Shown: positions 27,946 through 39,807 of the stretch, one piece after another | Numbering within the stretch: the first letter of the stretch is position 1 | Layout of the letters: each line of letters starts with the position of its first letter | Origin: an uncultured bacterium | Lineage (GTDB): Bacteria > Patescibacteriota > Saccharimonadia > UBA4664 > SCTI01 | Length of the DNA stretch: 64,000 bases | NCBI GenBank assembly: GCA_963721685.1 | Contig: CAVRJJ010000001.1 | Span: forward strand, 4,555 to 68,554 | Reading direction: 5' to 3' | Notes under the pieces: generated by a model | Seen by the model: only the letters and a program-made list of their open reading frames with translations | Database searches by the model: none | Told to the model about the DNA's origin: nothing | Translations under genes and position numbers: made by a program

Positions 27946-28541
27946 AATCATTCGCGATTGAACAAAAGATCGTACCACTAGCCAACCAGTACTATGTATT
28001 TGAGCTGGACGCGACAGGGGAAAAAGGCAGGCTGCTCGCCTTTGCCCATCAAAAACGGTTTGCCTGGAAAGAAAAATTTACCTTTTATACTGATGAGTCA
28101 AAAAACAGTGTCTTAATGGAAGTTCAAGCCCGCCAAGCTATCGATTTTGGTGCACGTTATGATGTAAGCGACGCCGCCGGCACCGCGCTAGGGGTAGTGG
28201 GTAAAGTGTTCGGTGCCTCAGTCTTACGCAGTACCTGGAATGTGTTTGCTCCCAACAAAGAGGAGGTCCCACTGGTGACAGCACGTGAGCGCAGCCAAGC
28301 GCTGGCAATTATTCGCCGGGTGTGGGAATTGTTGCCTATTATTGGTGAAATCCCTTTTTTCGTAAAATACCATTTTGACTTTATTGATATGCAAACTAAA
28401 GCTGTGGAAGGTAGCTACCAGAAAACCACGACCGTTCGTGACCATTACCGGCTTACTGCCGAGGATAACCTTTTAGGGAAAGTTGATTGGCGGGTCTTGG
28501 TGTCGCTAGGAATTATGATGGACGCTCTGCAGGGCCGCTAA
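27942..28541 (+). CDS. LURP-one/scramblase-like protein
   Basis: AFAHQKRFAWKE, ARQAIDFGARYDV, SVLRSTW, RDHY; ATGA overlap start. Confidence 0.65.
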   Translation: MKSFAIEQKIVPLANQYYVFELDATGEKGRLLAFAHQKRFAWKEKFTFYTDESKNSVLMEVQARQAIDFGARYDVSDAAGTALGVVGKVFGASVLRSTWNVFAPNKEEVPLVTARERSQALAIIRRVWELLPIIGEIPFFVKYHFDFIDMQTKAVEGSYQKTTTVRDHYRLTAEDNLLGKVDWRVLVSLGIMMDALQGR

Positions 28542-28913
28542 CCACCGGCGCGTTGCTGTTTCATCGTTTTTCATTGCAACGAGCAAGTTATCTACCGAGT
28601 CAAAAGTTTGGTTGGGCCGATGGTGGTGTTTTAGTATGACCTTTATGGGAAGGTCATAATAATCTTCATCGGGTATATCAAGCAAGTAGGATTCAAGGCG
28701 ACGCTCGGTGTTGCCCATGGTGGTGGGGACGCCCAAGAAAATAATGGAGGGGTGGTTACGGAAATTTTTCAGGTTAGTAAACCCAAAGTAAACGCCATCG
28801 GCCAACTCAGTAGCGGTATGGAAGTTAGCGGTTGGGTACCCAAGCTTGCGGCCATTGCCGTGAAAGCGGGTTACGGTACCGCTAAACGTGCGCGGAAGAT
28901 TTTGTTGAGCCAT
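28506..28913 (-). CDS. stand-alone riboflavin kinase
   Basis: G.V..G.GRKLGYPTAN, DGVY, G.PT, ESYLLD, R.N.TF; no FAD synthetase domain. Confidence 0.85.
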   Translation of the reverse strand: MAQQNLPRTFSGTVTRFHGNGRKLGYPTANFHTATELADGVYFGFTNLKNFRNHPSIIFLGVPTTMGNTERRLESYLLDIPDEDYYDLPIKVILKHHHRPNQTFDSVDNLLVAMKNDETATRRWLAALQSVHHNS

Positions 28914-28939
28914 AACCTAAGTATAGTGCATCAAGGGTA

Positions 28940-30712
28940 TTAATCCTGGGATAATACCAGTACCGAGTACGGGCCAAGGTTAACAGCACCGGTATCTTTT
29001 GTTACTTCAACCTCCGGTGTGGGCGTGTTGTTGAAGTCCGGGCTATATCCTTGCCAGTCACTGTTAAACCGCGTCTTCCAAACTCCTTTTTGAGGAAATT
29101 TTGTGATGTAGCCGTTACGTTGCTCATTGGAGAAGTTGACCACAATAACCACATCGTCGCCTGGCCCACCCTGGTTCCAGCGGTGATAGGCCAGGACTTT
29201 GGTGCGCTCATCAAAGTGTTGGGTGTCGATGCCCCTGCCCATTAAGCCGGCTGTTTGCTGGTTGGAGTTACGGCGTAATACGATTAAATCTTTATAGAGC
29301 TGAACGATGCCATGAAAAGCTTCAGTCTTATGCCAGTCCAGCGCCTGCCAGTGGTTAAACCATCCGGTTTCCATGAACTCCTGGCCTTGAAAGAACATTG
29401 GTCTGCCGGGGGCGGTTAAGACCACAGCCGCCGCTAAAGCTGAACGCCGCCGAGCAAACAAGTTGTCGGCCGCTCCCGGGGCAATTTCTTCATTGAGGCG
29501 CTGATGTCCATTGGCGGCGGCATCATGGGACTCGCTATAGATTACCCTTTGGAATATATCTCCATTATAGTTTTTGGTTAACACGTCCTGGATGCTTTGA
29601 ATGTGTCGGTCGCTATCATGGTCGGGGTTAAGGATACTGCGCAAGACGCTGGGAAATGAGGTTTCCCATTGAGCCGAAAAGCCGGCCCCTCCTGCTTCAA
29701 CCGGCTTCGTTACCCATTCATTGGCAGAAATATCTTCAGCTATCATAGTTGCGGCCGGTTTTACCTCGCGGGCTGCGGTATTGAGCTCCTGGAGGATCCG
29801 CCAACCGTCGGGAAGGTCGGTGGAAGGATCATCGTTTGTACCCTTGGCATTACGGATGGCGAAAACGGCGTCAACGCGTAAGCCATCAACGTGGCAGTCC
29901 CGCAGCCACATGCGGACATTGTCGGTAATATACTGCCTGACCTCCGGCCGACCATAATCAAGCCGGGGACCCCATGGCGTGTCTCCGCGCCAGTCATTAT
30001 AAAAGTAAATGCCGCCTTTGCCGTCCTGACTCCACCCGTCGAACTGCCATAGGTCCATACCCGGATAGGGGCTCAAATGGTTGTAAACCACGTCCACCAC
30101 CACAGCAATACCCCGCCGGTGGGCGGCTTTTATGAATTCCAAAAACGCTTGCCGTCCACCATAAGCCGCGTCAATGGCAAAAAGGTGGTCGGGATCATAG
30201 CCCCACCAGCGGTCGATGGTGGTGTTGCTCACCGGCATAAGTTCAATGACGTTTATTCCCAAGTCGGCCAGGTAATCAAGCTTGGCGGCGGCGGTTTCAA
30301 ATGTCCCGGGGGTAGCCGAGTCGGTTCGGTGAAAGGTTCCAATATGTAGCTCATAAATAACCTGCTCATTAGCAGGGGCAATGGTAAACTCATCATTCTC
30401 CCAGTCAAAATGAGGGTCGGTAATAAGCGACGCGTCTCCAGAGGCGGTAAGCTGGAGAGCTCTCGGGTCGTTACGCTGCAGTTCGCGGTCGCCATTGCGA
30501 ATGATGTAGTGGTATTCTTGGCCGACTTTAGCGTGTCCTACTTTGGCTACCCAGTATCCGTCATCCTCACGGGTTAAGGGGTCGGACGTGCCCGACCAGT
30601 CATTAAAGCTACCGGCAATCGCGACGCTTGAGGCAAAGGGAGCCCACACGCGAAAAAGTACGCCGTCATCATGGACGGTAGCTCCCACCTCAGCTTTGAT
30701 TGTTTCACCCAT
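28940..30712 (-). CDS. GH13 alpha-glucan branching enzyme / TreZ-like protein with CBM48
   Basis: FRVWAP, IYELHIGTF, IELMPV, WGYD, DVVYNH, GLRVDAV, IAED and ESHD motifs. Confidence 0.85.
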   Translation of the reverse strand: MGETIKAEVGATVHDDGVLFRVWAPFASSVAIAGSFNDWSGTSDPLTREDDGYWVAKVGHAKVGQEYHYIIRNGDRELQRNDPRALQLTASGDASLITDPHFDWENDEFTIAPANEQVIYELHIGTFHRTDSATPGTFETAAAKLDYLADLGINVIELMPVSNTTIDRWWGYDPDHLFAIDAAYGGRQAFLEFIKAAHRRGIAVVVDVVYNHLSPYPGMDLWQFDGWSQDGKGGIYFYNDWRGDTPWGPRLDYGRPEVRQYITDNVRMWLRDCHVDGLRVDAVFAIRNAKGTNDDPSTDLPDGWRILQELNTAAREVKPAATMIAEDISANEWVTKPVEAGGAGFSAQWETSFPSVLRSILNPDHDSDRHIQSIQDVLTKNYNGDIFQRVIYSESHDAAANGHQRLNEEIAPGAADNLFARRRSALAAAVVLTAPGRPMFFQGQEFMETGWFNHWQALDWHKTEAFHGIVQLYKDLIVLRRNSNQQTAGLMGRGIDTQHFDERTKVLAYHRWNQGGPGDDVVIVVNFSNEQRNGYITKFPQKGVWKTRFNSDWQGYSPDFNNTPTPEVEVTKDTGAVNLGPYSVLVLSQD

Positions 30713-30769
30713 GCACTGACCCTTACTTACCTTCTATTATGCTTACGCTGTGAAGCAAATGCAATCAGT

Positions 30770-32077
30770 TTAGTATCGGTAATGTTCCGGTTTAAAGGGG
30801 CCGGTTTCGGGTAGCGCCAAATAGTCTGCTTGGTCGGAATTCAATTTGGTCAAGGTGCCTCCCAGTGCTTCAAGGTGAAGCCGGGCGACTTTTTCATCCA
30901 GTTCCTTGGGTAAGACATGGACACCAATCTTATAGGATTTTGCGTAGAGCTCGATTTGGGCCAGCACTTGGTTGGTGAAGGAAGCGCTCATGACAAAAGA
31001 GGGATGGCCGGTGGCACAAGCCAAATTAACCAAGCGGCCTTCAGCTAAAAGAACTATGCGGTGGCCATCCGGAAAAGTGTACACGTCAACCTGAGGCTTA
31101 ATTTCCTGTTTTTTGATGCCTGCAAAAGCTTCCAGCTCCGCCACCTGGATCTCTACATCAAAGTGTCCAATATTGCAGACAATCGCGGCATCCTTCATCA
31201 GCTTCATATGCTCAAGGGTGATAACGTCTTTACAACCGGTGGTCGTGACGAAAATGTCACCTCCCCTTACAGCCGCATCCATTGTAACTACCTCGTAACC
31301 TTCCATCATGGCCTGAAGCGCGCAGATGGGGTCAATTTCCGTTACTAACACCCGGCATCCGTAAGAAGCCAGCGACTGGGCTGAGCCTTTGCCTACGTCA
31401 CCGTAGCCGGCGACTACCGCGACTTTGCCGGCCAGCATAATGTCGGTAGCCCGCTTAATACCGTCAACCAACGATTCGCGGCATCCGTACTTATTATCAA
31501 ACTTACTTTTGGTGACGCTGTCATTAACGTTTATTGCGGGCAATTTTAATTTACCTTTTTCCAGCAGTTGATACAGGTGGTGTACCCCGGTTGTCGTTTC
31601 TTCGGAAACACCCTTTATGCCAGCAATCAGCTCGGGATGCTTATCATGAACCCAAGACGTTAAATCGCCCCCGTCATCCAGCAGCAAATTGGGTCCTTCC
31701 CCACTGGCAAAGGCTAAGGTTTGTTCAATGCACCACCAATACTCCTTTTCGGTTTCACCCTTCCATGCAAAGACAGGCACGCCCGTCGCGGCAATGGCCG
31801 CGGCAGCTTGGTCTTGGGTACTGAAAATATTGCAAGATGCCCAGCGGACTTCAGCTCCGAGAGCGGTTAAGGTTTCAATTAAAACAGCGGTTTGGATAGT
31901 CATATGAAGACTTCCGGCGATACGGGCACCCTTGAGAGGATGGCTTGACCCATACTCGGCCCGCAAACTCATAAGGCCCGGCATCTCCTTTTCTGCAAGG
32001 GTGATTTCCCGGCGACCCCATTTGGCCAAGCTAATATCGGCAACTTTATAGTCGGTTGTAGCGGTTGTTTTGGTCAT
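30770..32077 (-). CDS. ahcY: S-adenosylhomocysteine hydrolase
   Basis: [58 protein letters not shown] and PEHYRY. Confidence 0.97.
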   Translation of the reverse strand: MTKTTATTDYKVADISLAKWGRREITLAEKEMPGLMSLRAEYGSSHPLKGARIAGSLHMTIQTAVLIETLTALGAEVRWASCNIFSTQDQAAAAIAATGVPVFAWKGETEKEYWWCIEQTLAFASGEGPNLLLDDGGDLTSWVHDKHPELIAGIKGVSEETTTGVHHLYQLLEKGKLKLPAINVNDSVTKSKFDNKYGCRESLVDGIKRATDIMLAGKVAVVAGYGDVGKGSAQSLASYGCRVLVTEIDPICALQAMMEGYEVVTMDAAVRGGDIFVTTTGCKDVITLEHMKLMKDAAIVCNIGHFDVEIQVAELEAFAGIKKQEIKPQVDVYTFPDGHRIVLLAEGRLVNLACATGHPSFVMSASFTNQVLAQIELYAKSYKIGVHVLPKELDEKVARLHLEALGGTLTKLNSDQADYLALPETGPFKPEHYRY

Positions 32078-32087
32078 GGTGTTTCTC

Positions 32088-33059
32088 CTAAAGTAACGCT
32101 TGCATATTTGGTAGTGACTGCTTGTAGCTCTCTTGGTAGCGCGTTGCTACTTGCTCAAACGTAAAGTCATGGTTTTGCGTGCCGGTCTGTTCAATCGCGT
32201 AGGCGGCACAAGTGGCCCCCAGTTGACCGCACGTTTGCAGATCCCAGCCGCGGCTATAGCCGTGTATGAATCCAGCGCGGTAGCAGTCACCGGCACCGGT
32301 GGGGTCAACGACTTGGGTGGCTTTTACTATATTGATAGTGATAGGTTTTTCCACCGAGGCACCCTCAATTACCGACCCATTTTTACCAAAGGTGGTAACT
32401 ACAACGGGCACTGAGGATTTAATGGTTTCGGCGCTGAGGCTTAGCCGGGCGGCTAAGGTGGCCATTTCGTATTCATTTACTATTAATATTTCCGCCCCTT
32501 CAATACCGGCCTTCATATCGGCAACGGGCAGGTTGGTAACCTGTTGGCCAACGTCGTAACAGAGGCGGATATGCCATTTTTTACACTCCTCCACCTGGCG
32601 CGCCATAGAGGCTGGATCGTGGGCTGAAACCACCATGAGCGGCTCGCCATTTTTCCAGGATTCAAGACTTAAGTCTCCGCTGTCTGCCATGGCACCGGGG
32701 TAAAACCCGGCTACCTGGTTTTCATCACTGTCGGTAATAACCGTGTAGGTAGCGGTGGATAAACCGCTATGATGGACGGCGGTAATGTTTACTCCGCGGT
32801 GGGCTAGTTTCTCCATATAGGCAGTCGCGTCTTTGCCGACCGATCCCAGCAAGATTGGAGAATTGCCCAGCAAAGCTAGGGTGTAGGCAATATTTGCTCC
32901 AATTCCGCCCTGGCTATCATGCAGGCTATCAAGCAACACAGAAACAGATAGGCTTCCAAGCTTTTCCGGATGAATAATGTCCTGATAGCGCCCGGAGAAG
33001 CTCATAATACGGTCAATTGCAATTGAGCCAGAAACGATAATTAGCTTAGGTTTTTCCAC
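32088..33059 (-). CDS. PfkB family kinase, probable adenosine kinase
   Basis: [33 protein letters not shown]; directly upstream of ahcY; GTG 33059 preceded by TACCAT at 6 nt. Confidence 0.8.
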   Translation of the reverse strand: MEKPKLIIVSGSIAIDRIMSFSGRYQDIIHPEKLGSLSVSVLLDSLHDSQGGIGANIAYTLALLGNSPILLGSVGKDATAYMEKLAHRGVNITAVHHSGLSTATYTVITDSDENQVAGFYPGAMADSGDLSLESWKNGEPLMVVSAHDPASMARQVEECKKWHIRLCYDVGQQVTNLPVADMKAGIEGAEILIVNEYEMATLAARLSLSAETIKSSVPVVVTTFGKNGSVIEGASVEKPITINIVKATQVVDPTGAGDCYRAGFIHGYSRGWDLQTCGQLGATCAAYAIEQTGTQNHDFTFEQVATRYQESYKQSLPNMQALL

Positions 33060-33151
33060 TCCGATATGGTAACAATCCTGGAGCTGCAATACAAATTATG
33101 TAGCCCGTGCTAAAGTAGAATGAGAATCAAGACTTTCGTCTGAAAAATTGT

Positions 33152-33727
33152 ATGACCAAAGAAAATTTTAAAACCATATTGATTCCCTCGCCCTGGCAAA
33201 TCGCGGCATGTATGCTCGTTAGCATCTTGATTATAGTTGCGGTTTATTGGAATACCCTGATTGATATAATCGCTAAAAACAGCTCCACGTCAGCGAGTAC
33301 TCTGGCAGACAGCCTGGCCTCCTATTTATCCTCTTTTAGTACCCTCCCTTTTACGGGTAATATATTTATTATTTTATTTTGGGGGGTATTGGCGGTTGCC
33401 GTTTACTGCACAGGCTTAATCCTTGCCAATGTTTTAATTGATATGCGCAATAGCGTAGTTGTCACAACTAAATTCACCAAGCCAGCAGGTGCCAGCAAAG
33501 GAGTAAGCCGATTTCTGGTTCAGTTGGGCGCGGCGCTTGCCTTGGTGGGTTTACTGGTCGTCTGCGGGACTATTGTGTTTCCGTTTTTCATTCAAATGGT
33601 TGGGTCGGCTCTTTTGGCCGGATTTAGCCTTTCCGCACTAGCCTCGGCTGTTGTTGGTATTTGCGGGAACGCGGCAGCGCTCTATCTGATTTGGTCGCTG
33701 GCCCAAGTTGTTTTTAAGCTTTTATAA
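33152..33727 (+). CDS. hypothetical membrane protein
   Basis: 191 aa, four hydrophobic segments. Confidence 0.6.
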   Translation: MTKENFKTILIPSPWQIAACMLVSILIIVAVYWNTLIDIIAKNSSTSASTLADSLASYLSSFSTLPFTGNIFIILFWGVLAVAVYCTGLILANVLIDMRNSVVVTTKFTKPAGASKGVSRFLVQLGAALALVGLLVVCGTIVFPFFIQMVGSALLAGFSLSALASAVVGICGNAAALYLIWSLAQVVFKLL

Positions 33728-33776
33728 TGGCTATGGACGTTAGTCACATATCTTAGAATACCGTATAATAAATCCC

Positions 33777-35348
33777 ATGCAGCCATTAGCACTATCAGCT
33801 GAAGGACAGCGGCTGATCCAAGCTTTGACCATTGCCAACAAAGCCAACCTTACCCCGGAACATGATAAGGTCCACATTTCCGGTGTTGGCGGGCAGCTCT
33901 ACTTTGCCTATGAACAATTGCGGAACGCTGCTGAGTATGGTGAGCGTCATTTACTTGTAAGAAGGGCGATTGAGCGCTTTTTGTATCGTAACTGGCACCT
34001 GCAGAGCCGTCAACAATCGGTTGAGCTACCCATTGAACTGGTTTCTGAATTGACCCATGCCAGGTACTTGGAAAATGACAGTATTCCCCGCAGTTCCGTG
34101 CAGACTATTGACGCGATTATCCAGCGCTACACCAAGCTAGCCGAAGCCATACAGCATCATCACAAAATTTCCGGTGAAAAGCTTAAAGTCTGGATTTTTC
34201 AATCGGCTTCGGTTGAAATTGAGCATCAGCTCGTTCCGCATGCCCAAACTGACGCTTTTATTGATTTTGTTTATAATCATTATAAACAACACATTGACCC
34301 AAAGCTTTTTGACGGAGTAAATGAGCATACCAAAGAAGTGGCTCTTTACTGCGCGGTGCAACGGACATTATTTAAATCCGATATTGCCACCACCCGATAT
34401 TACGCGCTTACCGCCCGCCTTCATCAAAATGGCGCGGATACGTTGGCCTACTTCATCAACTTAAATCAGGCAGTCGACCGCCTTTATCAGGCACCCCTTA
34501 CAAATCGGGTAGGGCGTTTAATAAACCGCTCGGGGGGGTCAATGCGGATTCTGCGTGAGGTGGTTATGTCGACGAGCGCCCCTGAGCAGTTACTGTCCAA
34601 ACATGACGAACTGATGTCCCGGATTGCCCATGAAGCCGGGCAGCAGTATAAACTGACACGCAAGCGGCTAAATGAGGGGATTGTTAGGAGCGTAATATTT
34701 ATCTTTATAACCAAAGTTTTGCTTGGGCTATCATTGGAAGTTCCGTACGACCTTTTAGTGATTGGCGCAGTAGCCTGGACCCCGCTAATTATAAATACCC
34801 TGTTCCCGCCCCTCTACATGGCAACCATCGGCTGGGGAATTAGAACACCAGGAAGACGCAATACCGAAATTATTCAGTCTAAGCTTAGCCGTATTCTCTT
34901 CCATACCGACGATCCGCCCATACGATATCGCATACGCAAGCGCGTAACATCATCTGGCTTAAACTCTGCCTTTAACTTTGTTTACGCGGTCGCCTTCCTC
35001 CTTTCATTTGGCGTACTCATATATGCCCTGAGCCGGATTGGATTTAATGTAGTAAATGGCGCAATTTTCTTTGTCTTTCTTTCAATTGTAAGCTTCTTTG
35101 GCTTTCGCTTGCTTGAATCAGCCCGCGAGCTTGAAGTGGTTGACCAGCGCAAAAGCTTGTTAAGCGTGGCCCTAGACTTCTTTTACACACCATTCATCAG
35201 GGTGGGTCACTGGTTAACCGATAAATACTCGCGGTTGAACATCATTACCTTTGTGATGGATCTGGCGATTGAACTTCCCCTTAAGACGAGTCTGCGGGTT
35301 GTGCGCCAATGGGCTGGGTTTATTCGGGACAAACAGGAAGAGCTCTAA
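33777..35348 (+). CDS. hypothetical membrane protein
   Basis: 523 aa, YEQLRNAAEY..RHLL.RRAIERFL N-terminus, four TMs, DFFYTPFIRVG.WL. Confidence 0.65.
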   Translation: MQPLALSAEGQRLIQALTIANKANLTPEHDKVHISGVGGQLYFAYEQLRNAAEYGERHLLVRRAIERFLYRNWHLQSRQQSVELPIELVSELTHARYLENDSIPRSSVQTIDAIIQRYTKLAEAIQHHHKISGEKLKVWIFQSASVEIEHQLVPHAQTDAFIDFVYNHYKQHIDPKLFDGVNEHTKEVALYCAVQRTLFKSDIATTRYYALTARLHQNGADTLAYFINLNQAVDRLYQAPLTNRVGRLINRSGGSMRILREVVMSTSAPEQLLSKHDELMSRIAHEAGQQYKLTRKRLNEGIVRSVIFIFITKVLLGLSLEVPYDLLVIGAVAWTPLIINTLFPPLYMATIGWGIRTPGRRNTEIIQSKLSRILFHTDDPPIRYRIRKRVTSSGLNSAFNFVYAVAFLLSFGVLIYALSRIGFNVVNGAIFFVFLSIVSFFGFRLLESARELEVVDQRKSLLSVALDFFYTPFIRVGHWLTDKYSRLNIITFVMDLAIELPLKTSLRVVRQWAGFIRDKQEEL

Positions 35349-35353
35349 GATAA

Positions 35354-36295
35354 TTAGGGTTGAAGTGTCTTTGAAATTTTAAAAGTAAAAGTACTGCCCG
35401 CGCCCGGTTTGGATTTAACCCCAACCTGGCCATCGAGGAGATCGGCAATTGTTTTTACAATATAGAGCCCTAGTCCGGTTCCGGCCATTTTAATGCTAAA
35501 CGCGTTATTGATACGTGAAAACTTTATAAATAGCCGTCTCAGGTCCCGGTCATCGATGCCGACCCCGTTGTCCTGTACAACCAAGATAATATGTTCGACA
35601 GTATCACTTAGGCTCACCTTGATAGCCCCTTTGTCGGGTGTATATTTGCTGGCATTGGTGAGAAGGTTTTCCATGGCCGTGCGCAGACATCTCCGGTCGG
35701 TTATGGCCGTTATTTCGTCGTCGGCAATAGCTACTTCCATGCTCTGATTATGTTCGTTGAGTCTGGGTTGGAGTTCAGTAAGGACTTCATGGAGCAGGGG
35801 AGCCACTTTAACCGGCTCAGGAAGTAATTTAAGCCGCTTTGATTCAAGTTCGGCTACGCAGAGCAGCCCTTCAATAATACGTAACTGGCTTTCATTACTG
35901 ATATTAAGCAGTTCCAAGTACTTCCGCTGCTTAGCGGTAAGCTTACCGGCATAATTTCCCAGCAACATGCTGGTAAAATTTTTGATAGCGGTAGGGTGGG
36001 TTCTTAACTGATGGGAAGCTAAAGCAATAAAAACTTCTTTGGTTTGTTCAAGCTCGACGTCGCGGCGGACTGCCCTCAGCAGGAAAAGCAATCCACCCAT
36101 AAGGACAATCGCTTCAATTCCTCCTACTACTAGCAAATAGGTTGACCAGGACTGGGGCGACGGTTGATAAAAACTCTTAATAAGCAGCAGGAGGACACTG
36201 GCAACAACTCCGGCAACCAGTACGCCAATACCAAGGCTGAGGAGCAGTTCAATCTGCAACCGACGGCTCAGCTTGGAGTATGACAGCAATTTCAT
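35354..36295 (-). CDS. membrane sensor histidine kinase
   Basis: ASHQLRT H-box, NLLTNASKY, DNGVGI, GTGLGL and GSTF. Confidence 0.9.
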   Translation of the reverse strand: MKLLSYSKLSRRLQIELLLSLGIGVLVAGVVASVLLLLIKSFYQPSPQSWSTYLLVVGGIEAIVLMGGLLFLLRAVRRDVELEQTKEVFIALASHQLRTHPTAIKNFTSMLLGNYAGKLTAKQRKYLELLNISNESQLRIIEGLLCVAELESKRLKLLPEPVKVAPLLHEVLTELQPRLNEHNQSMEVAIADDEITAITDRRCLRTAMENLLTNASKYTPDKGAIKVSLSDTVEHIILVVQDNGVGIDDRDLRRLFIKFSRINNAFSIKMAGTGLGLYIVKTIADLLDGQVGVKSKPGAGSTFTFKISKTLQP

Positions 36296-36304
36296 ATTAT
36301 TAGC

Positions 36305-37567
36305 TTAACTGAGAATTGCTAAGGCTTCCAGATGTAGGGTCCCGGGATAAAAATCAAAGCCGGTTATCGTGTCGCACTGGAAAGTGGGTTGAAGCAGGGC
36401 AATATCTCTTGCTTGGGTCACAGGATTGCAGGATAGGTAGATCAATTGTTTGGGGCGGGCTTCCAGCAGCCACCGAATAACCCGAGGATGCAGCCCGGCC
36501 CTCGGCGGGTCAAGGATTACGCACTCAATGTCGCGCAGGCGAGCATTGTCCATGAATTCCGCGGCTATCGTTTCCGCGCTATAGTGAGCGACACCATTAG
36601 CCCGGGCATTACGTTCAGCAAACTCTACGGCTTCGGGCGTGGTTTCAATGCCGTGCACCGCCACACCACGGCTTGCTATGGGCAGGCCAATCGCGCCCAC
36701 GCCGCTATAGAGTTCCACGAGGTTGTTCGTTGCTGGGGTGATAGCCTGAACAATGGAATTTAGGGCTTTTTCAAAAACAGCGGTGTTGGACTGAAAAAAC
36801 GCGTTGTAGGGGTAAGCTATTTCAAGGCCAGCTAGTTTATCTGTTATGTAACTATCGCCTGACTGATAGGTAATAGGTCCGGGAGCTCCCGATCCTTGGA
36901 GTGGGGAAGTTACCAAGAAGTTTCCCAATGCTGCGGTGTTGATATCGCTCCAATTGGCTTTTGATTTGGTTGTTAAGATAGTTAACAGCTGGTTGGTGGC
37001 CCGGGCATGGCGCAATGTAATGGTCGCTTGTTCGATTTCAAACCCACGGGTGTTTAGCTGATCAACTAAATCCTGGGCCGCCCGGTTCATCTCTTCGCTG
37101 CCAAGTAGGCAGCCAGCTGGAAGGGGGATGAAGTTGTCCCAAGACCCTCGGGCATGAAAAGCCAGCTGCAGTTTTCCCTCGATTGATGTAACGGTAAAAT
37201 CCAGACGATTGCGATAACCCAGCTGAATTTGAGCCGGTACAAAGTCTTGCGCCGCAACCGTTAAGAGGTGCTGGGCATAGGCTTCTTTTAACATACCCTC
37301 CTTTAGCTCAAGCTGGTAGCTGTAAACCACACCTTGCCAAGGAGAGCAAACCAGACAATGGTCTTCAGCCGGTAAGGAACGTTGGGATGAAGGCTCGATA
37401 ATTTCACGCAAGGTAGCTTCGGCATAGGACCGCCGCTGTTTTTGAATCGCGACGCGTGCAAGCTCCCCCGGAAGAGGGCCTACGGCAAATACCGCCCTCC
37501 CATCCGCCAGATAGCCCATAGCTTTCCCGCCGGGTACAATCTTCTCAAACTTTACCAGTTGGCTCAT
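36305..37567 (-). CDS. RNA m5U methyltransferase (RlmD/TrmA family)
   Basis: TRAM-like N-terminus, YRNR, FFQSN, ELYSGVG, DPPRAG, YLSCNP.T.ARD and DFYP.T.H.E. Confidence 0.88.
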   Translation of the reverse strand: MSQLVKFEKIVPGGKAMGYLADGRAVFAVGPLPGELARVAIQKQRRSYAEATLREIIEPSSQRSLPAEDHCLVCSPWQGVVYSYQLELKEGMLKEAYAQHLLTVAAQDFVPAQIQLGYRNRLDFTVTSIEGKLQLAFHARGSWDNFIPLPAGCLLGSEEMNRAAQDLVDQLNTRGFEIEQATITLRHARATNQLLTILTTKSKANWSDINTAALGNFLVTSPLQGSGAPGPITYQSGDSYITDKLAGLEIAYPYNAFFQSNTAVFEKALNSIVQAITPATNNLVELYSGVGAIGLPIASRGVAVHGIETTPEAVEFAERNARANGVAHYSAETIAAEFMDNARLRDIECVILDPPRAGLHPRVIRWLLEARPKQLIYLSCNPVTQARDIALLQPTFQCDTITGFDFYPGTLHLEALAILS

Positions 37568-37616
37568 TCAACCATTATAACCGGAACGTACCGGCGACTC
37601 TGGTACTATGGAGTGA

Positions 37617-38843
<1,227 letters not shown>

Positions 38844-38861
38844 GCGTGGTAGAGTAACAAT

Positions 38862-39344
38862 ATGGCTAGAAAGCAGCATCAGCGGCGCTACATTTTACAA
38901 ACGATTCAACCGGGGCTGGTAGGATTGATGGATGGTTCGGTTTCAACCTTGGCCCCCATTTTTGCCGCTGCATTCGCTACCCAAGATCCGCATGTTGCTT
39001 TCCTCGTTGGCTTGTCGGCCTCAACGGGAGCCGGCATTAGCATGGCCTTTGCCGAAGCGCTTTCAGACGACGGCAAAATATCTGAACGCGGATCGCCCTG
39101 GCGGCGCGGGCTCATTATGGGTGTAATGACTTTTTTAGGCGGTATTTTCCACACTTTGCCTTTTTTGATTTCAAATATCCACGTCGCCTTGGTTGCGGCT
39201 TACGCGGTAGTTGGCGTGGAGTTGGTAGCCATTGCCTATATTCGCTACCGGTATTTTAATATGAGTTTTTGGTTTTCGTGCCTCCAGGTAATTGTGGGCG
39301 GGGGGCTGGTATTTACGGCGGGGGTATTAATAGGCGAGTCGTAG
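38862..39344 (+). CDS. VIT1/CCC1 family membrane protein (MbfA C-terminal-like)
   Basis: QPGL.GLMDGSVSTLAP, GISMAFAEALSDDG and GG..HTLPFL. Confidence 0.85.
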   Translation: MARKQHQRRYILQTIQPGLVGLMDGSVSTLAPIFAAAFATQDPHVAFLVGLSASTGAGISMAFAEALSDDGKISERGSPWRRGLIMGVMTFLGGIFHTLPFLISNIHVALVAAYAVVGVELVAIAYIRYRYFNMSFWFSCLQVIVGGGLVFTAGVLIGES

Positions 39345-39345
39345 T

Positions 39346-39714
39346 TTAAGCACCCGGATGTAGCTCAAGCAGCTCATGGATAATTCCCATTATTTCAGTT
39401 GCGCGTTCTTGGTTAACGGGTAGAATGGTTTTTCCATAGGTTTCAACCAAACTATTGTCTCGTCTGACGATAAGGTGAATAAACCGCCCCTGCTGCTTGT
39501 CGTTGACGGTTATCTCGTGCTTCCATTCAAAATCCGCCGGAGTGTCTTGGATGGTGCTATTAACTTCGATACGACCGCCTTTTTTGCCCAGTTGGTGGGT
39601 CGAACAAAAGTACACAGTTTGACCCGGTAAGTCATAATATTCGCCTGTCACTTCGATGGCGGGGTGGGTATCGGAAAACTGCTCGGCAAACTGAATTAAA
39701 GGAGTGGAAATCAT
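39346..39714 (-). CDS. hypothetical protein
   Basis: 122-aa ORF filling the gap between flanking genes; TATACT upstream. Confidence 0.55.
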   Translation of the reverse strand: MISTPLIQFAEQFSDTHPAIEVTGEYYDLPGQTVYFCSTHQLGKKGGRIEVNSTIQDTPADFEWKHEITVNDKQQGRFIHLIVRRDNSLVETYGKTILPVNQERATEIMGIIHELLELHPGA

Positions 39715-39807
39715 GCTTCTAGCTAGTATAGCAAACTATGTCAGGGAAGCACGAGCGTTTTAAGGCTTGTCAAAGCCAAAAATAAATGGTATTGTGCCTG
39801 ACTGTAT

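Noticed and set aside
33060-33151. SAH riboswitch upstream of the kinase-ahcY operon
   Set aside because: No recognisable consensus, and the gene appears leaderless, leaving no 5' UTR
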